A DNA stretch of 64,000 nucleotides from a bacterium. Lineage in GTDB: Bacteria > Zhuqueibacterota > Zhuqueibacteria > Residuimicrobiales > Krinioviventaceae. Of this stretch, positions 1 to 9,482 are shown one piece after another. The first letter of the stretch is position 1. Every line of letters begins with the position of its first letter. Under the pieces are notes generated by a model that was not told where the DNA came from, did not search any database, and saw only the letters and a program-made list of their open reading frames with translations. The translations under genes were made by a program, and so were the position numbers. The stretch lies in NCBI GenBank assembly GCA_963675755.2, contig CAXXMD010000002.1, forward strand, positions 736,001-800,000. Direction: 5' to 3'.

Positions 1-2078
1 TATTCTTCTAATAAGACCTTACGGCTCAATACCATTTTACCGTCAGGTTCAATTTTCAATAATTTAACTTTGATTACTTCACCAACTTTGAGTACATCTT
101 CAACTTTGGCGACACGCTTTGTGTCAATTTGTGATATATGCAAAAGTCCTTCTTTTCCTGGAAGAATTTCAACAAAAGCACCAAAATTGGTAATCTTTTT
201 AACTTTGCCTTCATATACAGTATCAGGTTCAGGTGCTGCTGTCAGATCTTTAACACGTTGGTAAGCTTTTTCACCAGCTTCCTGATCTACTGATGCAATG
301 GTCACTGTACCATCATCATCAATATTTACGGTTGCACCGGTAGTTTCGGTAATATCACGTATGGTTTTACCTCCGGGTCCAATCACCGTACCAATTGCAT
401 CAACTGGAACTTTGATAGTCAAAATTCGGGGTGCATGGGTTGATAATTCTTGTCGGGGTTCCGGTAAAACAGCTGTCATTTTGTCAAGCAAAAAGAAACG
501 AGCATCTTTGGCTTTTTGAAGAGCATTTTTCATGATCTCAGGGGAAATTCCTTTGATCTTGATGTCCATCTGCACTGCGGTAATACCTTCATGGTTACCA
601 GCAACTTTGAAATCCATATCTCCAAAGTGATCTTCATCACCCAGAATATCGGTCAAAATAGCTACTGTATCACCTTCTTTAATCAACCCCATTGCAATAC
701 CAGCAACATGGCTTTTGATTGGCACACCGGCATCCATTAAGGATAGTGAACCAGCACAAACGGTAGCCATTGATGAAGAACCATTAGATTCCATTACATC
801 TGAAACAATACGTAATGTATAAGGAAATACCTTTTCAGTAGGTATAACTGCTTTAATTGCGCGTTCAGCCAGGTTACCATGACCAACTTCTCTACGGCTA
901 AGACCACGAATAGGTTTCACTTCACCAGTACAAAATGGTGGAAAGTTGTAATGGAGCATATAGTTTTTCCAAAATTCACCTTCCAGGCCTTCAATGCGTT
1001 GTTCATCAATTTTAGTACCCAAAGTACTTGTAGCCAATGCCTGAGTCTGACCACGTTGGAACAATGCTGAACCGTGAACTCTTGGAAGTAATCCAACTTC
1101 AATATAAATATCACGGATTTCATCCAAGGAACGTCCATCAAGACGTTTACCTTCTTCAAGAATATTCTTTCTCAAAATTTCTTTTTCAAGATCATGGAAA
1201 ATATTCTTTATACGTTTTTCCTTTTCAGGAAATTCTTCTGCCAATTGTTCAAGAATATCAGTGACCAAATCTTTCAAAGCTGTATTACGTTCATCTTTTT
1301 CTTTAATTTCCAAACATTCTGGCAATTTAGAAGCACTTAATTCTTTAATTCTATTTTCAAGTTCAGAAAAATCTTCTGGTTCAGGTATTTCCAGTTTAGG
1401 CTTACCTGCTTCTTTAACCATCTCTTCCTGATATGCGATGATTTTCTTAATTTCTTCATGACCGAAACTTAGAGCTTCAAGCATTTCTTCTTCTGAAATT
1501 TCTAAAGCTTCACCTTCAACCATGGTAATTGAATCTTTGGAAGCAGCAATTACAAGGTCCATATCGCTGGCAGCTTTTTGCTCAAAGGTAGGATTCACAA
1601 CAAATTTACCATCTATTCTACCAACTCTTGCACCGGCAATTGGGCCTTCAAAAGGAATATTTGATAAACTTAATGCCAAAGATGCTGCAGTAATACCTAA
1701 AACATCGGCATCATTTTCACGGTCAGCAGAAAGAACCATAACCATGATCTGTACTTCATTCAAAAAATTATCTGGAAACAAAGGTCTTATTGGACGATCG
1801 ATTAATCGGGCACTTAGAATTTCTGTATCAGAAGGACGACCCTCACGTTTCAGAAAGCCTCCTGGAATTTTACCTACCGCATATGCTTTTTCCCGATAAT
1901 CAACGGACAATGGGAAAAAGTCCTGATCGGGTGGTGCATCTTTGGAACATACCGCAGTTGCATGCACAACAGTTTCACCCAATTGTACCCATGCAGCACC
2001 ATTGGCCTGTTTAGCCAGTTTTCCGGTTTCCAGGATAAAAGGTTGGCCATTAAGGTCGTATTGTTTTTTATGAATCAT
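1..2078 (-). CDS. pnp: Polyribonucleotide nucleotidyltransferase (PNPase); stop codon probably cut by the window edge
   Basis: Not in the ORF track. Manual translation from ATG at 2078 (RBS GGAGG) gives MIHKKQYDLNGQPFILETGKLAKQANGA...DFFPLSVDYREKAYAVGKIPGG. The same frame ends KIEPDGKMVLSRKVLLEE-TA at base 1 (S1 domain end). Confidence 0.97.
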   Translation of the reverse strand, partial: MIHKKQYDLNGQPFILETGKLAKQANGAAWVQLGETVVHATAVCSKDAPPDQDFFPLSVDYREKAYAVGKIPGGFLKREGRPSDTEILSARLIDRPIRPLFPDNFLNEVQIMVMVLSADRENDADVLGITAASLALSLSNIPFEGPIAGARVGRIDGKFVVNPTFEQKAASDMDLVIAASKDSITMVEGEALEISEEEMLEALSFGHEEIKKIIAYQEEMVKEAGKPKLEIPEPEDFSELENRIKELSASKLPECLEIKEKDERNTALKDLVTDILEQLAEEFPEKEKRIKNIFHDLEKEILRKNILEEGKRLDGRSLDEIRDIYIEVGLLPRVHGSALFQRGQTQALATSTLGTKIDEQRIEGLEGEFWKNYMLHYNFPPFCTGEVKPIRGLSRREVGHGNLAERAIKAVIPTEKVFPYTLRIVSDVMESNGSSSMATVCAGSLSLMDAGVPIKSHVAGIAMGLIKEGDTVAILTDILGDEDHFGDMDFKVAGNHEGITAVQMDIKIKGISPEIMKNALQKAKDARFFLLDKMTAVLPEPRQELSTHAPRILTIKVPVDAIGTVIGPGGKTIRDITETTGATVNIDDDGTVTIASVDQEAGEKAYQRVKDLTAAPEPDTVYEGKVKKITNFGAFVEILPGKEGLLHISQIDTKRVAKVEDVLKVGEVIKVKLLKIEPDGKMVLSRKVLLEE

Positions 2079-2152
2079 TATTCCTCCATTCGAATTCAAT
2101 ACCCGATTTAAACTATTTTACAGGTATATGAACAATAGCACTGTGCTATTAA

Positions 2153-3493
2153 TTAATTCACTGCTTGTTCAGCAGTTTCCAACAAATCTGTTAATTCAGG
2201 CTCAAATTTTTCCAACTTGAGTGCGTTAAACAGATAAACAGAAGCTTTTTCTGTTGTTTTGATATATTTTTTATCATCTTTTGACTTGCCAATATGGAGC
2301 TCCAGGAGTAGATTATCATCCTGGAATAACTTGCAAATTACATTTGGTGTTTTTAATCCATACTGAGCAAGAGATGATGGATTATCAGCTACAAAATCAT
2401 CTACAGTCATACGTGATGCTTCGCGTACAATGCCCATCATTTTCCAATTTCTTGCTTTGGCATTATTTTCTGATTCTACGAACCAGGTATCAGATGTATC
2501 TTTAACACAAACCAGATGTTGTTTATTGTATAATAATTCAACTTTATTTACAAAATCAGAATTAATATCTGTAATTTGCTTGTTTCTGAAAGCAGAAACT
2601 GGTGCAAGGAACCTGCCTACAAAAGTTGTATCAACCAAAAATATATTGGTTTTTAATTCATCTTTAACATAGCACTTGTTACCTACTCGATTACCAACAA
2701 GCAAAGTTTTTACAGATTGATTATCACCTAAAATAAAATTGAGCTTCATTGAAGGTTTTGATAATCCATATTTAGACAATGGATCAGGATTATCAATAAA
2801 CTCTTTAACATGTTCGCTATTCAACGAGTTGGTTATTGCGCTTATCTTTGTAGAAGCAACCTCCCACTCTACCGGTGATGTAATGTTCCAGGTAGCTCCA
2901 TTATTTTTCAAATCAATTGTATTATATTTATTTTGGATCTTGATTTCACTAAGCATAGAGCTTTCAATATCCAATAATTTCTTGTCTCGCATATCAAAGA
3001 GTGTTTTTTCCAAAAAAGTTCCAAGACTGGTTGTTGTTAAAAACACATCATTACTTCCAGAACGTCTGGCAAATAAATTGGCTTCTGTTGGTGTCTTGTC
3101 ACCAATGAAAAATGTATCTAAAACACTCTCGTGTCCTATAATTAATTTTCCTTTGGCAGGAGACAAACCAAAATTTGAATATTGAGAAGGGTCTGAAGAG
3201 ACAGTGCGTTCCATATTTGCCCATCCAAACAAGCTAGTAATAGAATTAACAGCACTATTGTCAGCTGCATATTCAATTGGTTTGGAAATTTTCCAGTTAT
3301 TAACATCTTTAACAAGATGTATACCCAAAGGTTCAATTATTATTTGATCTATAATTTCTTTTTCAACTGTTAACAGTTTTCCTGCTATCTGTTCCTGCTC
3401 TTTTTTTTCTTTATCCGATTTATTTAAAAATAGTACGGTTGCAACACCTATAGCAAAAACGATAGCCATAACAAGTGTTGTTTTAAAATTCAT
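2153..3493 (-). CDS. DUF4340-domain membrane-anchored protein
   Basis: N-terminal TM helix; three repeats of the YGLxxP...IG motif typical of DUF4340; follows a Gld-like ABC module; start chosen by GGAG RBS. Confidence 0.75.
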   Translation of the reverse strand: MNFKTTLVMAIVFAIGVATVLFLNKSDKEKKEQEQIAGKLLTVEKEIIDQIIIEPLGIHLVKDVNNWKISKPIEYAADNSAVNSITSLFGWANMERTVSSDPSQYSNFGLSPAKGKLIIGHESVLDTFFIGDKTPTEANLFARRSGSNDVFLTTTSLGTFLEKTLFDMRDKKLLDIESSMLSEIKIQNKYNTIDLKNNGATWNITSPVEWEVASTKISAITNSLNSEHVKEFIDNPDPLSKYGLSKPSMKLNFILGDNQSVKTLLVGNRVGNKCYVKDELKTNIFLVDTTFVGRFLAPVSAFRNKQITDINSDFVNKVELLYNKQHLVCVKDTSDTWFVESENNAKARNWKMMGIVREASRMTVDDFVADNPSSLAQYGLKTPNVICKLFQDDNLLLELHIGKSKDDKKYIKTTEKASVYLFNALKLEKFEPELTDLLETAEQAVN

Positions 3494-3544
3494 CCAGATA
3501 ATCTCCACAATTTATTTAACTGGTTGCTACCCACTATTTGAAAC

Positions 3545-3577
3545 AAAAATACTGCCGGTAACTAAACCGGCAGTATT
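3545..3577 (-). terminator. Intrinsic terminator-like hairpin after the GldG-like gene
   Basis: 12-bp perfect stem AATACTGCCGGT/ACCGGCAGTATT followed by a T-rich tail on the minus strand. Confidence 0.6.
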
Positions 3578-3580
3578 GGA

Positions 3581-5134
3581 TTATTTTCGCTTAACGTATA
3601 CAACAATTCCAGTAACAAAAATCAATACGGGTAATAAAATTACACCCAAATACAGAATCAATCTTGATTGTTTCTGCGTTAAATTTAAACGCCGGTCTTC
3701 AGGATTCTTAGGACGAACTGATATCAGATCTTCCTCTTCTGCTAACCAGCTTATCGTATTCATAAACAAATCATTGTTTCCCTGCACGCTTAGGTAACTG
3801 TCACTCGCAAAATCTGCATCACCAAAAACTGCAATCCTGGATTTGAACTCTTTAATCTCTCCATTATCAGGAGCATATGCAGGGTTCACAACAGATTTCT
3901 CACATACTGCGAAAACAGTTACAGGACCTTTAATATCTTGACCTTCTTCAAAAGAAACCCGATCAGACACAATGGGACTGGTTTCTGCCCAACTTTGAGG
4001 ACTTGTTTGAGCAATAGCAGTAAATGTAATATCTGGTGCTTTATCCGGATTTTCAGAGATTGATCTTGCAAGCGGGAAAAATGTCATTACATTAAAATCT
4101 TTAGAGATAGTATGTTCTCCATACTTGGAAACGATTGGTATTGTTGGGCCTGCTCCAAAGAGTTGACCAATACCAGATGCGTCTACCACTATATCATCAC
4201 CAATAATAAAACCATATTTAGCTAAAAAGTCATTATAACCTGATGGAGAATCACTATCAATCAGGAACATGGCTTTTCCACCCTTGGCCAAATAGTTGGT
4301 GATTTTTTCTTTTTCAATATCAAATAATTCTGTTTTAGGATCAGCAATAATCAATACACTACAATCATCCGGAATTGGATTCTGAGGATTTATAGCAAGT
4401 ATCAATTCACTAATCTGATAATTTTCATCTAAAATAGATTGTTTGGCTTTGGTGTAACCAGTTTGAGATGCATTATCAAAATCTCTTTCACCATGCCCTT
4501 TAGAATAGTAGATTTTTTTAATTCTATCACGTGTAACAGTGATAAGTGCGTTGGTTATTTCCTCTTCAGTAACATTATTAATTCTTTCCTGCTTGCCTGC
4601 ACAATCAAAAATAATGGTACCATAAGATTTAACATTCAAGTTTTTAGTAATACCTGGTTTTTTATCAGGATCAACAAACTCGTATTTCAATTTAGACGTG
4701 AAATGAGAATACTCGTCAAGCATTTCCTGTAAACGAGCTTCTTCACCTGTTTTAAAGAAACCCGTAATTTTAACATCTTTATCCAAATTTTCCAAAACTT
4801 TGCGGGTTTGTTCAGCAAGGCTGAAAAATTTAGAAGCAGTTAAATCTGCCCGATACGAAAAACGAGCAAAAAGTATATTAACAACGATTACAATACCTAA
4901 AACAAAAATGATCATAAAAGCTGCATTTGTACCAAATTTTGTTGATCTACTGTTTAATCCTGTTTTAATGGTATTGAATTTTAAAATAATAAAAGCTAAA
5001 AGTAAAACGAATCCGGTTCCAAGCAATACCCAATTAAGTACACCCATAACCAGATTAATAGAATATATAATCAAGCCCAGCAGGACTAATGCAAGTCCTA
5101 ACCAGCCAGCAATATTTGCATATTTTTTAATCAT
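3581..5134 (-). CDS. GldG-like ABC transporter auxiliary component
   Basis: N-terminal TM helices, DLTxxKxFSL and GHGE motifs, C-terminal TM; ATGA overlap with the upstream permease. Confidence 0.85.
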   Translation of the reverse strand: MIKKYANIAGWLGLALVLLGLIIYSINLVMGVLNWVLLGTGFVLLLAFIILKFNTIKTGLNSRSTKFGTNAAFMIIFVLGIVIVVNILFARFSYRADLTASKFFSLAEQTRKVLENLDKDVKITGFFKTGEEARLQEMLDEYSHFTSKLKYEFVDPDKKPGITKNLNVKSYGTIIFDCAGKQERINNVTEEEITNALITVTRDRIKKIYYSKGHGERDFDNASQTGYTKAKQSILDENYQISELILAINPQNPIPDDCSVLIIADPKTELFDIEKEKITNYLAKGGKAMFLIDSDSPSGYNDFLAKYGFIIGDDIVVDASGIGQLFGAGPTIPIVSKYGEHTISKDFNVMTFFPLARSISENPDKAPDITFTAIAQTSPQSWAETSPIVSDRVSFEEGQDIKGPVTVFAVCEKSVVNPAYAPDNGEIKEFKSRIAVFGDADFASDSYLSVQGNNDLFMNTISWLAEEEDLISVRPKNPEDRRLNLTQKQSRLILYLGVILLPVLIFVTGIVVYVKRK

Positions 5135-5916
5135 CTTCCCCTCCATCTGGCAGATTCAATCGATATAAAAGAAAGGAATAGACCCATAAAAATAAAACTG
5201 ATATAAAAGATAATATGTTTTGTGTCAATTACACCTTTGGCAAAATCATCAAAATGTTCAATAAGAGAAAAATTTGATAGTATTTTACCAACTTCCGGAT
5301 TCACAAAGCTGGATACCCAACCAATGGCCCAAAAGAACAAAATAAAAGTAACAGTACTGACAGCTGCTATGATTTGATTATCGGTAATAGTTGAGAAAAA
5401 TAACCCAAACGAAACATATGATAATCCCAATAACAACATGCCAAGATAACCACTAAAAATGGGACCCATTTCAGGATTACCAAAAATCATTAATAACAAC
5501 ATATAGATAAAAGATGCTGCAAGCATGATAATAAAAAGCAATGCTGCTGCAGAAAATTTCCCAAAAATGGATTGAAAATTGGTAACTGGGGATGTAGATA
5601 ATAGTTCAATAGTACCTGTACGTTTTTCATCCGAAAATAAACGCATTGTTACAAGTGGAAGAAAAAATAATGCAAAAAGGCTCATATTATGAAAAACAGG
5701 GCGAATAGCCATCATATTGACATTCAACTTGGGAGGTGCCATTTGATAGTATTGAGTCTGCATGTCCGCTTGCATACACATTTGAACAAAATTTGAAATA
5801 ATTAAATAAAAGAATAATCCGGAAAGTAATAGAAATAGTCCAATTACAACATATGCAATTGGAGATGCAAAGTAGGATTTCAACTCCCGATTCATAATTG
5901 CAATATAGTTTCTCAT
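5131..5916 (-). CDS. ABC-2 type permease (GldF-like)
   Basis: RELKSYFASP and TMRLFSDEKRTGTIELL motifs; about 6 TM helices. Confidence 0.9.
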   Translation of the reverse strand: MRNYIAIMNRELKSYFASPIAYVVIGLFLLLSGLFFYLIISNFVQMCMQADMQTQYYQMAPPKLNVNMMAIRPVFHNMSLFALFFLPLVTMRLFSDEKRTGTIELLSTSPVTNFQSIFGKFSAAALLFIIMLAASFIYMLLLMIFGNPEMGPIFSGYLGMLLLGLSYVSFGLFFSTITDNQIIAAVSTVTFILFFWAIGWVSSFVNPEVGKILSNFSLIEHFDDFAKGVIDTKHIIFYISFIFMGLFLSFISIESARWRGR

Positions 5917-6863
5917 TCTACGGTTCCCTCCTCTTTGGTTGTCAATTGCAGGAACACATCTTCAAGACTAATATCTTGTGATTTTTGTTCATACAATGAC
6001 CATCCGTTTTCTACAATGGTCTTTGCGACAAGAGGTCTTATTTCAACTGACGAACTGGATTCAATAATAATTGAACCTTGTTCTGGGTTGGTTCCTTGTT
6101 CTGTACGGATAGTATCTATACCTTCAATACTACTCAGTTTGGATTCAATATCCATCAAGGGGCCCCCTACCTGAATTGTCAGTTGTTGGGAACCGGCAAG
6201 GTTTTTGGTCAAGTTTTCAGGAGTATCTTCTGCCACAACCTTGCCTTTATTGATGATAACCACACGCTCACATGTCATACTCACTTCCGGGAGTATGTGT
6301 GTGCTTAAAATAATGGTGTGATCACCAGCCAGACTTTTTATCAACTCACGAACCTCTATGATCTGTTTTGGATCAAGACCAACAGTAGGTTCGTCTAAAA
6401 TCAACACTTCGGGATTATGAACCAACGCCTGGGCCAACCCAACGCGTTGCTTGTATCCCTTAGATAGATGCTTAATAACCCGATTACTTACATGGGTAAT
6501 ATCGGTTTTACCCATTGCATCATCAACAGCTTTTTTACTTTGCTTTGCTTCAACACCTTTAATTTTTGCAACAAATGAGAGATAATCTTTTACTCGCATT
6601 TCCTGATATAACGGTGGTGTTTCAGGCAAATAACCAATACGTTTTCGTACTTGCATGGATTGTTCATGCACATCAAAACCGGCAACGGATGCAGTCCCTG
6701 TTGTTGCAGGTAGATAGGTTGTTAAAATACGCATGGTGGTAGTTTTACCAGCTGCGTTCGGGCCTAAAAATCCCAAAATTTCACCTTTTTCTACCTGAAA
6801 GGAGATATTGTCCACAGCTGCAAACCGGCCATAATAACGTGATATGCCTTTCACGTCAATCAT
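5913..6863 (-). CDS. ABC transporter ATP-binding protein (GldA-like)
   Basis: Walker A GPNAAGKTT, signature LSKGYKQR, Walker B LILDEPT. Confidence 0.95.
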   Translation of the reverse strand: MIDVKGISRYYGRFAAVDNISFQVEKGEILGFLGPNAAGKTTTMRILTTYLPATTGTASVAGFDVHEQSMQVRKRIGYLPETPPLYQEMRVKDYLSFVAKIKGVEAKQSKKAVDDAMGKTDITHVSNRVIKHLSKGYKQRVGLAQALVHNPEVLILDEPTVGLDPKQIIEVRELIKSLAGDHTIILSTHILPEVSMTCERVVIINKGKVVAEDTPENLTKNLAGSQQLTIQVGGPLMDIESKLSSIEGIDTIRTEQGTNPEQGSIIIESSSSVEIRPLVAKTIVENGWSLYEQKSQDISLEDVFLQLTTKEEGTVE

Positions 6864-6916
6864 TCGAAAACCTCCTTTCTAATGGTAAATGATAGCTAAA
6901 AAATGAGAATAATAAT

Positions 6917-7186
6917 TTAGCGACGAATACCTAATTTTTTGATCAAAGAACGGTATTCTTCAATATCATTATCTTTGAGATAATCTAGCATTCTTCTGCG
7001 TTTACCAACCAATTTCAGCAAACCTCTTCTTGAATGATGATCTTTAGAATGAGTTTGAAAATGTTTTGTTAAATCGTTTATACGTTCGGTTAAAATTGCA
7101 ACCTGTACTTCGGTATTACCAGTATCGTTGCTGTTTGCACCAAATTCTTCAACAAGTTGCTGTTTTCTTTCATTTGTTACGGGCAT
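6917..7186 (-). CDS. rpsO: 30S ribosomal protein S15
   Basis: [13 protein letters not shown]...[20 protein letters not shown]. Confidence 0.98.
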   Translation of the reverse strand: MPVTNERKQQLVEEFGANSNDTGNTEVQVAILTERINDLTKHFQTHSKDHHSRRGLLKLVGKRRRMLDYLKDNDIEEYRSLIKKLGIRR

Positions 7187-7206
7187 TTAAAACCTCCAAC
7201 CATTGT

Positions 7207-8142
7207 TTACAATTGCTTTAATATTTCAAAAGCTGTTTCTTTGTCGTGTTTGATTTGTGGTAATAATTCATGTGCTGAATTAAACTTGATATCATCTCTT
7301 ATAAACTTTGTAAAGTATAATTCAACATGTTTGTTATAAATATCTCTATCAAAGTCATAAATATGAGCTTCAATAACCTTGTGAGATAAATTAAAAGTTG
7401 GTCTGGGACCAACATAAGTTACTGAATTAAAAATTTCACCGTCAATTTTTATATGTGTAGCATACACACCTTCTTTAGGAATGAGTTTATATTGAGAATA
7501 TGGTTTTAAATTGGCTGTTGGATACCCCAACTCGCGACCACGTCCATCACCTTTAACTATTTGCCCGGTAATGGAATATTCTCTACCCAAAAGATTTGAA
7601 GCTTTTTCAACATTACCTTCATAAACAAGCTTACGAACCAGTGTACTGCTTACTATTTCATCTTTGATTGTAACCGGTGATAAAGATTCAAGTGAAAAAT
7701 CATTATCTTTACCGAAATCAGATAATAAATCAATATTACCTTGACGATTTTTTCCAAAAGAATGATCATGACCAATAATTATTCGCTTCATATGAAGCTT
7801 TTCAAGCAAAATCTGTGTAATAAATTCTTCGGCAGTCATGGAAGCAAACGCACTGGTAAAATTAGTAACAATCAACCTGTCTAGCCCCATGCTCTCCAAT
7901 AGTTTTGATTTTTCTTCAATTGTCGTTAATAGATTTAAAGGTATTTTTCCACGGTTTCCAACAACCAAACCGGGGTGGGGTTCAAAGGTTACAAGAGTAG
8001 ATTTTGCATTTAATGATTTTGCACCGGCAACAAGATTTGTAATAATTTCTTGATGCCCTTTATGTATACCATCAAAGGTGCCAACGGTTACAACGCTGTC
8101 ACTTTGTGGAAAAATATTGTTAAAATCCCAGATCGTTTCCAA
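7207..8142 (-). CDS. ribF: Bifunctional riboflavin kinase/FAD synthetase
   Basis: GTFDGIHKGHQ, SST and GRGRELGYPTAN motifs. Confidence 0.96.
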   Translation of the reverse strand: METIWDFNNIFPQSDSVVTVGTFDGIHKGHQEIITNLVAGAKSLNAKSTLVTFEPHPGLVVGNRGKIPLNLLTTIEEKSKLLESMGLDRLIVTNFTSAFASMTAEEFITQILLEKLHMKRIIIGHDHSFGKNRQGNIDLLSDFGKDNDFSLESLSPVTIKDEIVSSTLVRKLVYEGNVEKASNLLGREYSITGQIVKGDGRGRELGYPTANLKPYSQYKLIPKEGVYATHIKIDGEIFNSVTYVGPRPTFNLSHKVIEAHIYDFDRDIYNKHVELYFTKFIRDDIKFNSAHELLPQIKHDKETAFEILKQL

Positions 8143-8157
8143 TTTCAGTATAATCCA

Positions 8158-8832
8158 TTAAAAACTGTTTTTATGCAAATAATTATTAACATCATTTATT
8201 TCTGTAGCAGACGTCAAAGCAAAATCACCAATTCGCACTCGAGTCAATTTTTGTAAATATCCACAAGTATTTAAATAGTTGCAAATATCTTGTGCCAGAG
8301 TACGAATATAAGTGCCTTTAGAACAGGTAACTTGCATTTTAACGTGAGCAGTTGAAATTTGTTTCAAATTCAATTTATAAATTGTAATTTTTCTTTTTTC
8401 CAGTTCAACTTTTCCACCATTTCTTACAATTTCATAAGATCGTCTGCCATTGACTTTTAAAGCTGAAAAGTCTGGTGGAATTTGCTCAATAATGCCTGTG
8501 AAATGTTCACTGGTTTTACGCAACAAATCTTCATCAAGTTCAACCAGATCACAAGTTTTCACAATGTTACCGGAAACATCTAATGTATCAGTTTCAGAAC
8601 CCAGATAAATATCTGCTTCATATTCCTTTTCCGAGTCCATCAATTCACTTACTCGTTTGGTAGCCCGACCAACACAGACGAGCAATACTCCATCTGCAAA
8701 TGGATCAAGTGTACCTGCATGCCCAACTTTAAAATTTGGGAAAATGCGCTTAACGTACCGGACTGCATCGTTAGATGACCAACCAATAGGTTTATTAATA
8801 TTTAATACAATATCCGGCTTTTCATCAATCAT
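8158..8832 (-). CDS. truB: tRNA pseudouridine(55) synthase, short form without PUA domain
   Basis: KVGHAGTLDPFADGVL and CSKGTYIRTLA motifs; start reassigned to MIDEKP, downstream of rbfA. Confidence 0.95.
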   Translation of the reverse strand: MIDEKPDIVLNINKPIGWSSNDAVRYVKRIFPNFKVGHAGTLDPFADGVLLVCVGRATKRVSELMDSEKEYEADIYLGSETDTLDVSGNIVKTCDLVELDEDLLRKTSEHFTGIIEQIPPDFSALKVNGRRSYEIVRNGGKVELEKRKITIYKLNLKQISTAHVKMQVTCSKGTYIRTLAQDICNYLNTCGYLQKLTRVRIGDFALTSATEINDVNNYLHKNSF

Positions 8833-8848
8833 AAATTCAAAAACTTGG

Positions 8849-9193
8849 CTATTTTTCTGTTCGTATCTGCTGCAACAATGTCTCAATATGATGAGCATAG
8901 GCAGTTGAATCGTCATAATAAAAAGCCAATGTGGGGACATGACGTAATTTCATCTGTTTACCCACAGCACTACGCAGCATTCCTTTTGAACGCTCTAATG
9001 CATCCTGAGCTTTTTCTAACTGGTCATCTTTAAGAACGCTGAAATATATTTTTGCATGACGAATATCATCAGTAACTTTAACTTTGGTAATGGTAACAAA
9101 TTGAACAGCAGGATCCTGCACTTCTCGCAAGAGTTGACTGCTGACCACATTTTGTATTACTGATGCTACTCTATCTGCTCGTTTATAATTCAT
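8849..9193 (-). CDS. rbfA: Ribosome-binding factor A
   Basis: RADRVAS...VTITKVKVTDDIRHAKIY...LRHVPTLAF; operon context. Confidence 0.95.
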   Translation of the reverse strand: MNYKRADRVASVIQNVVSSQLLREVQDPAVQFVTITKVKVTDDIRHAKIYFSVLKDDQLEKAQDALERSKGMLRSAVGKQMKLRHVPTLAFYYDDSTAYAHHIETLLQQIRTEK

Positions 9194-9197
9194 AAAT

Positions 9198-9482
9198 CTA
9201 TATTATCTCTTTTTGATGGTCAAGTATCTCTACCTGATCATGATCATCCAGAAAATTAAATATTCTGGTAAACGTTTGTTCTATAATCTTTTTTTCATTA
9301 GCAACAATTGAAATACCCAATGTCGCCTTTTGCCATTTATCAAGTTCGTCTACTTCTGCTATTGAAATATTAAACTTGTTCTGCAATTTATCTTTAATGC
9401 TTTTTATGACGAATCGTTTTTCTTTTAACGATTCACTTGCAGGAATTAATAATAAAAATTGAAAAATTCCTACCAGCATCAT
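9198..9482 (-). CDS. DUF503 (YlxP-like) protein
   Basis: SLKEKRFVIKSIKDKLQNKFNISIAEV...DKWQ; lies between infB and rbfA. Confidence 0.9.
   Translation of the reverse strand: MMLVGIFQFLLLIPASESLKEKRFVIKSIKDKLQNKFNISIAEVDELDKWQKATLGISIVANEKKIIEQTFTRIFNFLDDHDQVEILDHQKEII

Noticed and set aside
70-2014. Several short ORFs in the track over 1-2 kb
   Set aside because: They are shadows of pnp, which the track missed because its stop lies at the window edge
8833-8940. N-terminal extension of TruB in the ORF track
   Set aside because: It overlaps rbfA out of frame; the real start is most likely 8832, and short TruB is normal in FCB-type bacteria
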